Source: Felis catus
Taxonomy: Eukaryota
Assembly: GCF_018350175.1 (NCBI RefSeq)
Contig: NC_058368.1
Coordinates: forward strand, 232,440,001-232,504,000
Direction: 5' to 3'
Length of the DNA stretch: 64,000 bases
The notes beneath the pieces were generated by a model that did no database searches, was not told the origin of the DNA, and saw only the letters and a list, made by a program, of their open reading frames with translations. The translations under genes were made by a program, and so were the position numbers. The number at the start of each line of letters is the position of its first letter. Within the stretch, counting starts at the first letter, position 1. Shown here piece by piece: positions 39,919-53,576 of the stretch.

Positions 39919-40818
39919 CAAGGGACCCTGATTTTATACCTTCCATTTCTGCTATGGGACTCTAGGTATATAAAGACTCTAAAAAAGATAAATGTAATTT
40001 GTATATTTTTTATAATATGACACTGGATACAGTCCTATGAGTTACTCTTCAGTGTCAGCTATAAGCATAATACAGGGCTCAACAGAACATATATTCAATA
40101 CCAAGACTGATAAATACTAAATTGCATAGTGTTTTTTAAATCATATACAGGATACTAGAAAATGAAATAAAAACAACCAAGAAACCTGTGTATATATCTC
40201 ATGGCTCTTTAATAACAATATTCAAAAACACAATGAGTCCATATAATAAATTGCCTTCCTTTACTTATACAAAGATGAGTCTATGACGTAGCATACAAGT
40301 CAAAGCTGAATAGGAGATTTTTGGTCTCTAGTCTGGTATGTAATGAAGTTGAAAGTCACTACCCCCTAACAATAAGTGAGAAGCTGACCAATCTGAAAGA
40401 TTAACAACTCTTCTTAGATTCCTCAGAGAAGTGAGGTCACTGGGGCAAAATGCAGCCTCCAAATCAGACAGACACAGAGCTCTCAAGAAGGCAATCTGAC
40501 ACCTGATGAGGGAGTTCAGTGGGGAGGTGTGAACTCAGGTTTCATCTCTAGGGCTCAGTATGCAGAAGGCCTTCCCAGGCCAACTTTGCTAAAGCTCTCC
40601 TTCATCTTCATGAATCTCTAACACAATTTCCATTTTATTTCCATTATGCTCACTAATCGTGTCAGTTACACTTTGTCTGTCTGTGTTTTATCTCTCCCAA
40701 CCAGGATGTGAGCTCCTCGAGTAGGATCTGTGTTTGAAGAGCTTATACTCATGGCCTGAAATGGTGCTAGCAGAAGAGTAGATGTGTGATAAATACTGTG
40801 GAATAAAAACAGTATATA

Positions 40819-41053
40819 GGGGCGCCTGGGTGGCGCAGTCGGTTAAGCGTCTGACTTCAGCCAGGTCACGATCTCGCGGTCCGTGAGTTCGAGCCCCGCG
40901 TCGGGCTCTGGGCTGATGGCTCAGAGCCTGGAGCCTGTTTCCGATTCTGTGTCTCCCTCTCTCGCTGCCCCTCCCCCGTTCATGCTCTGTCTCTCTCTGT
41001 CCCAAAAATAAATAAACGTTGAAAAAAAAATTAAAAAAAAATTAAAAAAAAAA
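40819..41053 (+). mobile_element. SINEC_Fc, young felid subfamily
   Basis: Near-consensus; TSD aaaaacagtatatag. Confidence 0.95.
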
Positions 41054-41148
41054 CAGTATATAGAATATGACAGAAGTATGTGAGCTACAGTTAATGACTT
41101 TGGAACAATCAATATAAAGATGGCAATTTAAGATCTTGAAAAGACGAT

Positions 41149-41605
41149 GGGGCACCTGGGTGGTTCAGTTGGTTAAGCATCTGACTTCCAACTTTGGCTC
41201 AGGTCATGATCTCACAGTTTGTGAGTTTGAGCCCCGCATGGGGCTCTGTGCTGATAGCTTGGGGCCTGGAACCTGCTTTGGATTCTGTGTTTCCTCTCTC
41301 TCTGACCCTCCCTGCTCATGCTTTGTCTCTCTCTGTCTCTCAAAAGTAAATAAAAATATTGGGGCGCCTGGGTGGCGCAGTCGGTTAAGCGTCTGACTTC
41401 AGCCAGGTCACGATCTCGCAGTCCGTGAGTTCGAGCCCCGCGTCGGGCTCTGGGCTGATGGCTCAGAGCCTGGAGCCTGCTTCCGATTCTGTGTCTCCCT
41501 CTCTCTCTGCCCCTCCCCTGTTCATGCTCTGTCTCTCTCTGTCCCAAAAATAAATAAACGTTGAAAAATTATTTAAAAAAAATAAATGAAAATATTAAAA
41601 AAAAA
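41149..41605 (+). mobile_element. Older CanSINE (41149-41360) with a young SINEC_Fc (41361-~41590) nested in its tail
   Basis: Inner TSD aaaatatt; outer TSD aagatct(t/g)gaaaaga(c/t)ga. Confidence 0.92.
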
Positions 41606-41774
41606 GATCTGGAAAAGATGAGATCCTCTGGAAGTGAGATGAGAGTAGGATCCATGCAGCATCCTGAGAATACCATTCTCTAAGTGATGAGCAGAGGACG
41701 TGGATCTTCCTTAGGAGGTGGAGAAAAAAACAAAATGGAGCCTGAAGAGAGAGGTTGAAGAACGCTCTATCATC

Positions 41775-42290
41775 CTCTTGGTTTGAGTTTTCCCAAGAGA
41801 TGACCCTGAATCAAGAATTTGGCGCATGTGATTTATCTGAAGGTGATCTAAGGAAACACAGAAAGGAATAGGGAAAGTATGCTGGAAAGGGAGGTTAGCC
41901 AGTAAGGGGGGAGTTAATGAGTGGCTGATGACTACTGGCCACAGAACAGATGGGATATCATTGGGCAACATCTGAGAGAGCCTATAACACACAACCCAAA
42001 CTATCCTACTGAGGAGCAAGGACATTGGGGTCCTTATCTACTTTTCTCCATCACTTGATGGCAGGGAATTGCTTTATGGAACATATGCTCCCTGTCACTT
42101 CTCACCCATCTTTTATGCACATCTAGATGCTCCCGTGCCCATGGAATGCCCTTAGGCAGAAGATATGGGTCCATAAGGAATGACACCAGAGGTGTATTTA
42201 GAAACTCCAAATACTCCTCCAAAGCTGTGGGTATGTTCTGGGAAGACTGAGAGAACATAGATGGGGACCTGAAGCATTTGCCACATTCAT
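41775..42290. mobile_element. Old ERVL-type LTR (LTR33-like)
   Basis: gtttgagttttcccaagagatgaccctgaatcaagaatttg...tttatctgaaggtgatc motif. Confidence 0.55.
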
Positions 42291-42574
42291 GTTGGCCAAG
42301 AGTAGAAAGTGTTTCAAGGAGCTCTTGGTGAACCGTGTGCACGTGGTAAATAGGTAAAGACTATAATATAGAAATGAGAAGAACCATGACTTTAGGGACA
42401 CTGTCTTTGAGTAAAAAATTAAAAACTTTTCCTCTTGGCTTCCTTAAAAGGTAGGGATAGAAAACAACTCAGGAGTCATGAGGCTCAGAGAGAAGAGAGG
42501 TATCTTTGGAATGGATGTTCCAGGAAGATTATTTTTCACTGAAAAATGTTGCTATAGGTATAATAAAAGTATAA

Positions 42575-42760
42575 ATGTATGTGTAGAAGCAGGGATTCTG
42601 AAGCCAGACTGTCTGTGTTCATTTTCAGCTCCTTCTTATCCTGTGGCTTTGGGCAACTTACTTTACTACTTGGTGCCTTGGTTTTCTCACCTGTAAAATG
42701 GCAATAATAATGTCATTCACTTCATAATGTTATTGGAAGGATTCAATGAGATTACATTTA
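42575..42760 (+). mobile_element. MIR
   Basis: ctgtggctttgggcaacttacttt...ttttctcacctgtaaaatgg core. Confidence 0.85.
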
Positions 42761-43821
42761 TTCCCTTGTATATCTTCAAGAATTCTAGTTTTACCCCATT
42801 ATTCTATATTAAATCTTGAATTTTGAATGTTATTTTCTTAATTCTGTCAAACAAATAAGTTTCAAATGCAAACTTTTTCAGAATGAGTTGGGATTACATT
42901 TCTGATGAATAGTTGCTATGTACATCATATGAAGATTATCAGAAAAAACACCTTAACAATCAAGGTATAATACACATCTCTATTTGTTGAACTTTTTCAG
43001 TAATTATCAGTCTTGTCTGCATATCACCCTCATGGAAAAATGTACAAATATTTATGTCTGAGCCCCGTTTTCAGTAGATCTTATTTAATTGAGACCCTGA
43101 GGGAACTGGCAGGTTGAGAAACACTGATTTACCCAAGAGTCAAGATTTTGCAGGGCCTTACAAACATCATTGTGAATACAAAATGCCATGATGTATCCCC
43201 TGATTTTTTTCAAAAAGAATTTTATATAAATAGAAATTGACTACAATATACCACATATATTATTTCTCTGAGATAAAATGTATGCCCTAACCATGATTTT
43301 ATATTTTGGTAAGTCAAAAGAATTTGTCATCCTCCCAAAAGAAATGGTAATTTTTTCTGCTTTATAAATTTAAATATTTCCAAGTATTAATCGAATAGGG
43401 GGAATCTGGAAGTTATTACATTTAAATTCCATTGACTAAACTTAAAACTTATGTCACAGGAGAGAAGAATAATTACTGTCATATCAAGGCAGACACACTT
43501 TGACAATGTAAAGGCATATTTCTAATAACTGCCTTAGGTGGATTAGGAATACAGTATGCAATTTCTGGATAGCACAAAAAAAACCCACCTATTTTCATCT
43601 TATGCATAGTAATGATAGTTTTAACCATGAATTTTATTATCGTAAAGCACTTAAGGAGTCAGTGAAGAACAAAACAATTAGAAACATTTCAAAATTTTAA
43701 TCATGTATTAAATTAATTTTCTATGTGATTGCTTATGCAAAATGAGAAATTCAATGGAGGGCTGAAATAAATAAAATTGTTTTCTTTAATTCTCTTTTCT
43801 TGAATTTATTGAAGAACTTAC

Positions 43822-43897
43822 CTTCATTCCTATTCCAGTCGCTGTATCATTTCCCAGCATTAGCCCCTCACTCTATATACTTTTAAGAAGTACAGAC
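43822..43897 (-). pseudogene. JMJD1C-like pseudo-exon 5 (internally deleted)
   Basis: GLYFLKVYRVRG* vs GPYSLNGYRVRVY: 7 of the first 11 residues identical and the mismatches are single-base changes. Then TGI..M and an intact AG|GTAAGT donor (43816-43821). Confidence 0.7.
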
Positions 43898-44144
43898 CCA
43901 TTTTCCAACCCCCCCCCAAAAAAAACCCCAAAACACACTTGGAATATTCATGAGTCATGTTTCACAGAAGTAAATTTAGATGAACAAAAAGTCAATTCTG
44001 TTTACAAAATTATCATTGCAATCTACTGCTACATTATTTGTCCCTGGGAAATCATCAATTTGCTCTTCCTTTACTATCTTTTTTGAAACAAACTATTTTA
44101 ATACACTTGGTAGTAGAATATTCTTCCATAAAAAATAAAATGCC

Positions 44145-46700
44145 ATAAAGATTTTTGTCTCAGATAATAACAGAGTAGCTGATATTTGACTAACTCACCC
44201 TCAAACGATAAACTCTTAGGGAAAAAAAAAATGAAAAAATCTAAAGGAAGAACCATCTAAAGCAAGTAGGAAGGAAGCTGACATTTCAAAGAAGATAATA
44301 ACACTGGGTAAGTTTCCAGTTTGTAGCGTATTGCCTGAAGGAAGACCAGAGTGGTTCCCATGTGGAGTGTTAAAGTCCTAGTAAAAACCTACAGTTTTAC
44401 TGGTTGAGAAATCAGAGCACAGAGTAAGAGGAGACCACAACATTTGGAAAGTGAGAAGATAAATTCTACACAGAAGCTAGCCAGAGAGGGGGTTAATAAC
44501 AAATTCTGTCTAATATCTGACCAAATCATTGGTTGTCCCCTTACCTGAACTTGTATAGAATAGACTCCAAGTAACCCAGAAAATGCTAAAGCAACTTAGT
44601 AGATATTAGTTTCTGACAATTATAGGGGAGACAGAAGTGAGTTTGAGTCCAGCTGAGGTAAAATCTTAAGGAGAAAATAAAATCAATAATCTTCAGAGGA
44701 ATATAACAGAATCCAATCTCCCCAAGCTATCATTCACAATATCTGGGGTCTGATTCAAAATTAATACACAAATAATAAAAGAAAAAAAGTAATTCATAGG
44801 AAAGAGAAAGCCAGTCGATGGAGAATAAACTAGACATGGCCCAGACATTGAAATCGATGAATTCAATTTTTTAAAAAAATTTAGATTTATTTATTTTTGG
44901 GGAGAGAGAGAGAGAGATCATGACATGAACTGAAATTAAGAGTTGGATGCTTAACCGACTGAGCCACCCAGGGGCTCCTCAACGAATACAAATTTTAAGA
45001 CATATGTTATAACTGCACTCAAGGACATAAAGAAAATGTATTTTAATGAATGAACATATAGGAAATCAATGTGGAAACACTGAAAGTTTATTATGGTTAT
45101 TTCCAATGTGTTCAAAGAATTAAAGGAAAATATTCAAAGAATTGAAGAAAAATATACTCTCGATAAGGAAACAAATACGAAATTTCAGTAGGGAAAGATA
45201 AAGCGTGAAAAATCTAATGAAATTCGAGAAGCAAATAATACCAAAAACTGAAGTAAAGTCACTAGATGGGCTTAACAACAGATTGGGAGAAGAATTAATA
45301 AAAAGTCCGTTAACTTTGAGATGAATCAATAGAAATCATTCAACTTGAAGACAGAAAGATGGATAAAAGTTTGAACAAAAATAGGTAAATAAAGCCACAG
45401 TGATCCATGTGACAATGGCAGGCAGTCCAAGGTAGATAACATTGCAGCTCCAGAAAGAGAAGAAAAACTGAAGTAGAAAATAAAATCGGGGAAGTAATAA
45501 CTTATTTTTGTGAAATACAAAATTTATACTTTCAAGACACAAAGCAGTCCCCAAACAGAATAAATAAAAGGAAACTAATCACCTTGGAGGCAAAATAGGT
45601 AAACTGATGAAGATCAAAGTAAACTATAGAAAGTAGACAGAAAAAAATTATACATACCATGCAGAGGAGTAAAGATACGAAAAGCGGCTTATATCTCATT
45701 CAAAACGATGAACAGGAGAACCACATTCTAAGAAATGCTAAAGGGAATTTCATCAGGCTAAAGAAAAGCAAAACCAGATAAAAACCTGAATGTTCCAGAA
45801 AACATGAATAACACTGAATATGGGAACATGATACATGTAAAATTATCAATTTTTCACTCTACTTCCTTAAAACACGTAACTATAAAAGCAACAACTATGC
45901 CATTGTATTTGAAGTTTATCTGATATGAACAGGTAATGTATATGGCAAGTAAAGCATAAAAATTCAGGCATGCTAAAATGGAAGTCTATTGTTCCCAGAT
46001 TATTATATTTACAAAAAGTGAAGGTATTATTTGTGAGGGTCCTTTGAGTAGGACCCTAAGTAGTCTTCGAAGAATCAAGGATGCATATCGCAATCCCAAA
46101 ATCAATCGCTGCAAAATATGATGCAAACAGTATGGCTAAAGAATCAGTGGGTGTTCATGCCTCACCTACATAAAAATGAACTAAAATTGGATCAGGGGCC
46201 TCAATGTAAAACCTGAAATTATAAATTTATTAAAATATGGAATCGAATTTTGATGACTTGAGGCGCCTGGGTGGCTCAGTCGGTTAAGCGTCTGACTTTA
46301 GCTCAGGCATGATCTCACGGTTCACGGACTCGAGCCCCACAGCTCAGAGCCTGGAGTCTGCTTCGGATTCTGTGCCTCCCTCTCTGACTTGGGGTCTGTC
46401 TCAAAAATAAATAAACATAAAAAAAATTTTTTTTAAAAAAGAATTTTGATGACTTTGGGTCAAAGATTTCTTCTCAGGAACACAATATGGGTGAGCCATT
46501 AAAGGAACAACATTGGTTCAACCAACTAAACACGTCTGGTCTCTGAGTTTTATGAAATAAAAAGCACAAAGGGCCACGGACTGGGAGAAAATATTTCCAA
46601 AATGCATTCCTGATTAACGACTGGTAACAGAATATGGAAAGAACTCCCCAATTGCAGCAAACAAATAAATAAAACAGACATAACAAAACAAGAGAAACAA
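44145..46700 (+). mobile_element. Old L1 (5'UTR/ORF1 and ORF2 pieces) interrupted by SINEs at 44868-44978 (-) and 46260-46440 (+)
   Basis: tcactagatgggcttaacaacagattgg, tcaatagaaatcattcaa and gaaatgctaaaggga motifs; SINE TSD gaattttgatgactt. Confidence 0.8.
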
Positions 46701-47414
46701 AAATGAAAGTGAAAAAGCGACATAGGTGATGAATTTGCTTTATGTTAAAATTCATACAGTATAAACGGATATACATTGAACTGTGATTTTGTTACTTTTA
46801 TGTTTTATGGATATAATCTGTTTACTTAAGCAGTCCTGCTGAGACTATGTAGGTTGGCTCTCACATTGTGCTGTCACAAGCAAATCAATGCTTTATTGAG
46901 AACCTTCGTACATACATTGTTTGACATGTGTGCAAGAATATTAAGAGAATGCTCTATGGAATTGGTAGATCAAAGGGCTTACACACTTGCAGTTGTGACA
47001 CATGTATTTCCAAATTACCCTTCGGAGAAGTTGTACCAATTCATATTCTCATCAGCAGTCGCCTAGAGGCTGGCTGAATTTCGAAAAGTAAGCTCTGGCT
47101 CTCCATAGCAAGAATCTCTGTTATTCTTCATTCCCGGCAGATCACAGCCAACTTGGTCCAGTGAGGACAACTTCCAGCTCCCGTGGTCCATACAAGACAT
47201 GGTGTGAGGCTACACGGCCCCAACTTTCAGGTGAGTTTTAAAATTCTTAAATATGCCGTTATGAGACGTGATGCCCCCCGTGGCACGGTCTTGGGACGTT
47301 TTCCCTGGCCTGTGACCATCTCAGCCATGAAGGGAAACCCACACCTTTTTGCAGGGAACCCATCCTCACTGAAGTGTGAGCAGAGGACGAGCGAAATGAG
47401 GTCGAGATTGTTCT

Positions 47415-47597
47415 AGGGCTGTAGTCTCAGTGGATGAGATCTGCAGGCAGTTGGGTTGGCACAGCTCTAGAAGGAGCGTGCCGCTACTGTCTCCAGGGTA
47501 GAGGCCATGGTGTTGCCAAACATCCCACAGGACAGCAGTCCAGAGCAAAGAATGATCCAGCCCCAAATATCGACAGCGTGAGGTTGTGAAGCCCTGA
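47415..47597 (+). mobile_element. MER20-like hAT element
   Basis: gggtagaggccatggtgttgccaaacatcc...aagaatgatccagccccaaat...gaggttgtgaagccctg. Confidence 0.8.
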
Positions 47598-47612
47598 TGT
47601 ATATTTATACGC

Positions 47613-47613
<1 letters not shown>

Positions 47614-47649
<36 letters not shown>
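47614..47649. repeat. (CA)n microsatellite
   Basis: Seen directly. Confidence 0.97.
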
Positions 47650-47650
<1 letters not shown>

Positions 47651-47752
47651 AGAAATTGTTAAGTGTGGGTTTTGGTTTATTTGTTTTTTTTTTTTTTTTT
47701 TCTTAGACAAGGGGCTTGAGTCACTACAGTAGTTGGATATTAAGAGTAACTA

Positions 47753-48220
47753 GGGGGCGCCAGGGTGGCTCCATCGGTTGGGCCTCTGACTTCTGCTCAG
47801 GTCATGATCTCACCCCGCGTGGGTTCGAGCCCCGTGCCAGGCTCTGTGCTGACAGCTCAGAGCCTGGAGCCTGCTTTGAATTTCTGTGTCTCCCTCTCCC
47901 TCTGCCCTTTCCTACTCACGCTGTGTCTCTCAAAAATAAATAAACACTGAAAAAAAATTTTAAAAAAAGAGTAACAAGAGTGAATGTGGACTTTTCCTTC
48001 GTTACAACCTACTCATCTATATCTTTCTTTTGTTTTTTAAGTTTGTTTGTTTATTTGTTTGTTTGTAGAGAGAGCATGAGTGGGGACGGGGCAGAGAGAG
48101 AGAGAATCCCAAGCAAGTTCTGTACTATCAGCATGGAGCTCAACACGGGGCTCGAACTCACGAACCAGTGAGCTGAAATCGAGAGTCAGATACTTAACCA
48201 ACTGAGCCACCCAGCTTCCC
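47753..48220. mobile_element. Tail-to-tail CanSINE pair (47753-47968 +; 48027-48220 -)
   Basis: Two opposed SINEs; the first has TSD aagagtaac. Confidence 0.9.
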
Positions 48221-48978
48221 ATGTCTATATCTTTCAAGAGATTAATTAATGGCATACTGACCTCTTACTTTTGTAAATAAAAAATGTGCCACATCCCGAA
48301 CCTCAGACAATATTTTTGAGTTGAGTAAAAACATTTTATTAATTCATATTGTGGTTGACAAGCATTTATTTTTGCGGCATTAACTTAGTGAGTCCTTGAA
48401 CAACTAAGTCTTATTAATACGTTTCCCTAATGCGGCAAGTTGCCCAACTGTTTTTATTTCTTTTGGCTGCTGGCTTGGTATCTACTTGTCTTTTCTTTGG
48501 ACTTTTCAGGATTTATCTCCCAATTCCAGTAGGTGAAGATGCTCTCCTGATTAGTTTTTAATTATCATCAAATTTGTGGGCTAAGTTGCCGTGGTAACAA
48601 CAAAAAACTCCAAAGGGGGGAAGGTGAGGATAGAACCAGTCTTGCTTTGTTATCCATATACTGACAGCTGAATTAACCTTGGAGAATGAAGTGGCTTTTC
48701 AACAGGCGATTCATTCTGGGTTTCATTTACATATTGACACAAGCACCGTGAAAAGAATGATTGGTGATGTCTGCTCCTATGTTGTAGGATGTTTTCTAGA
48801 ATTGTGTTTCCCACACCTCAAAACAGAGATGGTGGCCACTTCGTAAGCTCTTCCAGATTTTGTCTCACTGTTGTTTCCCGAGGTCAGCAACCCAGATACC
48901 TGGGGTGGTTTCAGCATCCTCAGCGCCAAACGCCTGCCACCCCCCCCCCCCCCCCAACATCCTAGTCCAGGCACCTAG

Positions 48979-49585
48979 TGATGAGGGAGTAGAAGACAAG
49001 CTTACAGGCCTCAAACACCCCCTGCCCCAGGTGGGATATGTGTGATATTCCTCGGGCACTCCTGGCTGCCCAAGAACAAAGGAAAGGGGAAAAACAAATG
49101 GCTAACTGATTGAGATCAAAGTCCTGGGGGCCTAAAAGTCTCCTTTTTTGGACAAACAAAAGGCAGGATTTGGGGGTAAACAAAGGCAGAAGGAAATGGC
49201 AGATAGAAGTTAATGTCCTTATAACCTGTCAGCCCTGCAACCTGACAAATACTTGAGGCCGGCAGAGTAAAACTTTTCTCCAGGAATCCCTACTGTCTTA
49301 ATGTCAATGCTTTGTTAGAGGGAAAACCACCTTAGCTTGACAATAGCTAGGCCTCCACTAGCATATGAAAATCTCACTGGACACTTCCCCTGGACTTGAC
49401 CTCCCCCAACTCCATAGTATAATACCAGTTTCTCATGGTCCCTGGGCAGCTCTTTGTGCTCAAGGGTCCTGTCTCTGGGCTTTAATAAAATCACCTTTTT
49501 GCACCAAAGACGTCTTCAAGAATTCTTTCTTGGTCATCGGCTCCAGACTCCACGAATCCTGCAGTCTCTCCCCCAAACCTCATCA
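48979..49585 (+). mobile_element. ERV solo LTR
   Basis: Inverted termini tgatgagg...cctcatca, TSD cctag/cctgg, TATA-like tataa (~49418) and aataaa (~49484). Confidence 0.85.
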
Positions 49586-50084
49586 CCTGGGAATAGTACT
49601 GTGACTCTGCCCAATGCAGAAGGGCCACCCCGCTGCCCCTCATCCCCACCCATTATGTGCCCACCCGGCTCTGAGTGTGAGACCAGAGGTTGAATCACAG
49701 ACTTGACCGGGAGCCCAGCCAATAGACAAATGCATGAGTGGGCTTAGCACCTCCCTCTCACACTGCCTGGACCTTCAGCTTCACAGTGAGCACATAGGGA
49801 GAAGAAAAGCCCATGCATGTTGAGCAAGGGAACCCTGAGGTTTCCAGGATCATGACTGCCATAGGCCCCCAGGGTCAAGGGCGTTCCCTGAAGGCATTGT
49901 TTCCACCACCCCAGAGCCTAAGGCAGCCCTCTACCTTTGCCCCAGTCCTCACCTTTGCTCTAGTCCCCAGTCTGTTGGTTCCAAAGGGCTCTCCCTGCAA
50001 GAGGTAGAGGCAGGTCTTATGTGGCTCCATCGGCCGGTGCTTCCCAACCTGGCCTACAGATTCCACGTTATTCCAACCAAGCTC

Positions 50085-50627
50085 CCAGCCATATTATTTT
50101 GTGAGTACTGACCAACTGATTCTAAGTTTATATGGAGAGGCAAAAGACCCGGAATAGCCCAGACAATACTAAAAGAGAAGAACATATTTGGAAGACTGAT
50201 GACACCTGACTTCAAGACTTACTATAAAGTTACAATAATCAAGATAAAGACAAATAGGTCAGATAGAGAAATAGACAAAGAGACAAATCAAGAATTAACA
50301 AATAGATCAGTGGCACAGAACAGAGAGCCTAGAAATAGACCCTCATAAATGCAGTCAACTAGTCTTTGACAAAGGAGCAAAGACAACACAATGGACACAA
50401 AATGGACAACAAATGGAACAAGTGGACATCCACAGACAAAAAAATGCATCTAGACCCAGACCTTACACCCTTCACAAAAACGAACTCAAAATGAATCACA
50501 GACTTAAATGTAAAATGCAAATCTATAAAACTAGAATCTAACATAGAAGAAAACTTGATGACCTTGGGTAGGGTGATGGCCTTTTTATTTATTTATTTTT
50601 TAACTTTTAAAAATGTTTAAACTTATT

Positions 50628-50664
<37 letters not shown>

Positions 50665-52330
50665 GAGCAGGGGAGGGGCAGAGAGAGAGGGAGATAGAGA
50701 GAATCCCAAGGAGGCTCTGCACTGTCAGCACGGAGCCTGATGTGGGACTTGAACTCACTAACCACGAGGTCATGACCTGAGCAGAAAACAAGAGTCAGAC
50801 TCTTAACTGACCGAGCCACCCAGGTGCTCCGGGGTGATGACCTTTTAGACACGGCACCAACAGCATTTCATTTAGCCAAATGAAAGACATAACTGATAAG
50901 CTGGTCTTCATGAAAATGAAAAACTTCTGGCCTGTGAAAGATACTGTTAAGACAATGAGAAGACAAACCACAGACTTGGAGGAAAATATTTACAAAAGAC
51001 ACTTCTGATAAAGGGCTATTATCCAAAATATACAAAAAAAAGAGACTCTTTTAGAACCCAACAGTAAGTAAGCAAACAACGCAGTTTAAAAGTGAGCCAG
51101 GGACCTTAACAGGCATCTCACCCAATGAGATATAGGGATAGAAAATAAGCATATGAAAAGATGCTCCACGTAATAGTTCACTAGGAAAATTAATATTAAA
51201 ACAATGAGAACCACTGTACGCCTATTACGTGGCCAAAACCAGAACCCTGACAACACCAAATGCTGGCAGAGATGGAGGGCAACAGAACACTCATTCACTG
51301 GTGGTGGAAATGCAAAATGGTACAACCACTTGGGAGACAGCTGGGTGGTTTCTTCCAAAACGAAACATAGTCTTACCATACAATCCAGAAATTGCACTCC
51401 TGGGTACCTACCCAAATTTGTTGCAAATTTATATGCACACAAAAACCTGGGCGCAGATGTTTATAGCTGCCTTTTTCATAATTGGTAAAACTTGGAAGCT
51501 ACCAAGACGTCCTTCAGTAGGTGCATGGATAAAAGAAATGGTTGTACATCTGAATAAGGGAAGATTATTTAGCACTAAAAAGAAATGACTACCAAGGCAT
51601 GAAAAGACATGGCAGAATCTTAACAGCATTTACCAGTAAAGAAACCAGTCTGGAAATGCTACATCGTGTATGCTTTATATAAAATTCTGGGAAAGTCAAA
51701 ACTATGGAGATGGTAGGAAGATCAGTGTGTTTTAGAGGCTAGAGGTTGGGGATGAGGGATGAATACACAGAATGCAGAGCATTTTTAGGGTGGCAGAAAT
51801 ACCATGTATGATACTATGATGATGGATAATGTCATTTTACACCTGTCTATACCCAGAGAATGCAAAACACTGAGAGGGAACTGTAAAATCAAATATGGAC
51901 TTTGGGTGATAATGATGTGTCACCATGGATTAATCCATTGTAACAAATACAGCATTCTGGTGGGGGATGTTAATAACAAGGGGGCTCCATAGGTGTGAGG
52001 GCAAGGTGCATACGGGAAAGCTCTATTCCCTCCCTTCAATTTTGCTTTGAATTTTATACCGCTCTAAAAAAATAAAGTCTTAATGAACAAATAAATCATA
52101 ATATAACTGAGTCCAAATGAAGATTTTTTATAAATAGAGTAAGGAATGGTGAAAATCAATTGATAAAGAGAACCAGAGAAAGAAAATGGTGCCTGACTTA
52201 GGTGATGGGTATGTTCATGAGCTTGATTGTGTCGATCACTTCACAGTGTATACATATACCAACACATCGAGTTGTATGCCTTGAATGCGTGTAATTCCTT
52301 CGGGTCAACTATACCTTAATAAAGCTGAAA
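50085..52330 (+). mobile_element. L1MC-like 3' region with a CanSINE at 50583-50830 (-)
   Basis: Clear ORF2 3'/3'UTR motifs (gacttcaagacttactataaag, tctttgacaaaggagcaaag, tatggactttgggtgataatgatgtgtc). Confidence 0.9.
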
Positions 52331-52952
52331 ATTTACAGAAAAAATTCCTTTAAACCTCTTTATCAAGATTGGCAAGTGGTGATTTTTTTTCCAGGTTTTG
52401 ATAATCTGAAATATATTTCACCTTCATTAATAAAAGGCAGTGCTAACTGCATAGAGAGTTCCAGGATGAGGTTTATTTTCTCTCAGCACTTTGGTGACAT
52501 AGTTCTCTGTTTTTTTGGCTTCTGTTTTTGCACCCAAGGTGTCATTCTTTGCATTGTTTCATTAGGTGATCCTTCTATCCTCTCTTATTTTCAAGTTCCA
52601 AGAAGGCTTTATTACAGAGGGGAGGGGGCTCAGTGCTTCTTGGTTGCCGCTTTCCTCATGGCTTCCTCTCTCTTCCTCTTGGCATGGATTTGTGTTCCCA
52701 CCATTTTCTTGATACTTGAGGGCACATTTGTCTTTCGACACCTTGAGCAGCTCCGTGGCATGCTGATCCGTGGCTTAATATTTGATGTCATATTTTAGTT
52801 TTTAGATATTTTACACATAGCACTTTACCTTATGGTTGTAATTTTGATATCGGAAGGCTTTAAATAGAGTTTATTCATTTTGGAATGTTCCCTACTGACT
52901 ATGGCTCGCTGGCGACTTGTTTCTTTTTGCAGTTGGTGGTATAAAAATTTCT

Positions 52953-53178
52953 GGGGCGCCTGGGTGGCGCAGTCGGTTAAGCGCCCGACTTCAGCCAGGT
53001 CACGATCTCGCGGTCCGTGAGTTTGAGCCCCGCGTCAGGCTCTGGGCTGATGGCTCAGAGCCTGGAGCCTGTTTCCGATGCTGTGTCTCCCTCTCTCTCT
53101 GCCCCTCCCCCGTTCATGCTCTGTCTCTCTCTGTCCCAAAAATAAATAAAAAACGTTGAAAAAAAATTAAAAAAAAAA
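52953..53178 (+). mobile_element. SINEC_Fc, young felid subfamily
   Basis: Near-consensus; TSD aaaaatttc. Confidence 0.95.
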
Positions 53179-53349
53179 TTTCCCGCTGTTGATTAAACTT
53201 AAGTCACAGAAGCACCGAGGGGCTGCAGTGTGCCGCTGTGTCTGACGGAAAGAGTATGAGGTTTAGTTCTAGACCTTTCACAGGTACTGGCTTGATTTCC
53301 TAAAACCAGACCTGGGGTCAACATATTTTCAGGGCAAACCCAGCCTGAA

Positions 53350-53460
53350 TGTGTTTTCCTAAAACTTCAAATATCTTCTTGCTCTTTAAATATATTTGCC
53401 TTACGTCTAGGAGCTCCCGAATACATTCAAATTGGGTATTTATTTCAATTTATCCAAGAC
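53350..53460 (-). pseudogene. JMJD1C-like pseudo-exon 4
   Basis: AG at 53461-53462. With frameshifts it reads VLDKLK..., RELLDVR, KEQ/KIFEVLG vs DDIDSLN...PQLHEEVK...KEQKVQEIFMQG. KEQ starts at exon nt 74, expected 73. No donor remains. Confidence 0.55.
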
Positions 53461-53576
53461 CTAATTGTGTTATGGTTGGTGTGCCATATTTCTGGAAGCA
53501 GAAGTCCAGGGAAATCGCTAAATACAGATGCAGATATAGGTATAGACACCGATTAGTTATCAAGAGATACATTTAA

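Noticed and set aside
51086..51992. ORFs of 60-119 aa
   Set aside because: Decayed L1 ORF2 C-terminus and 3'UTR.
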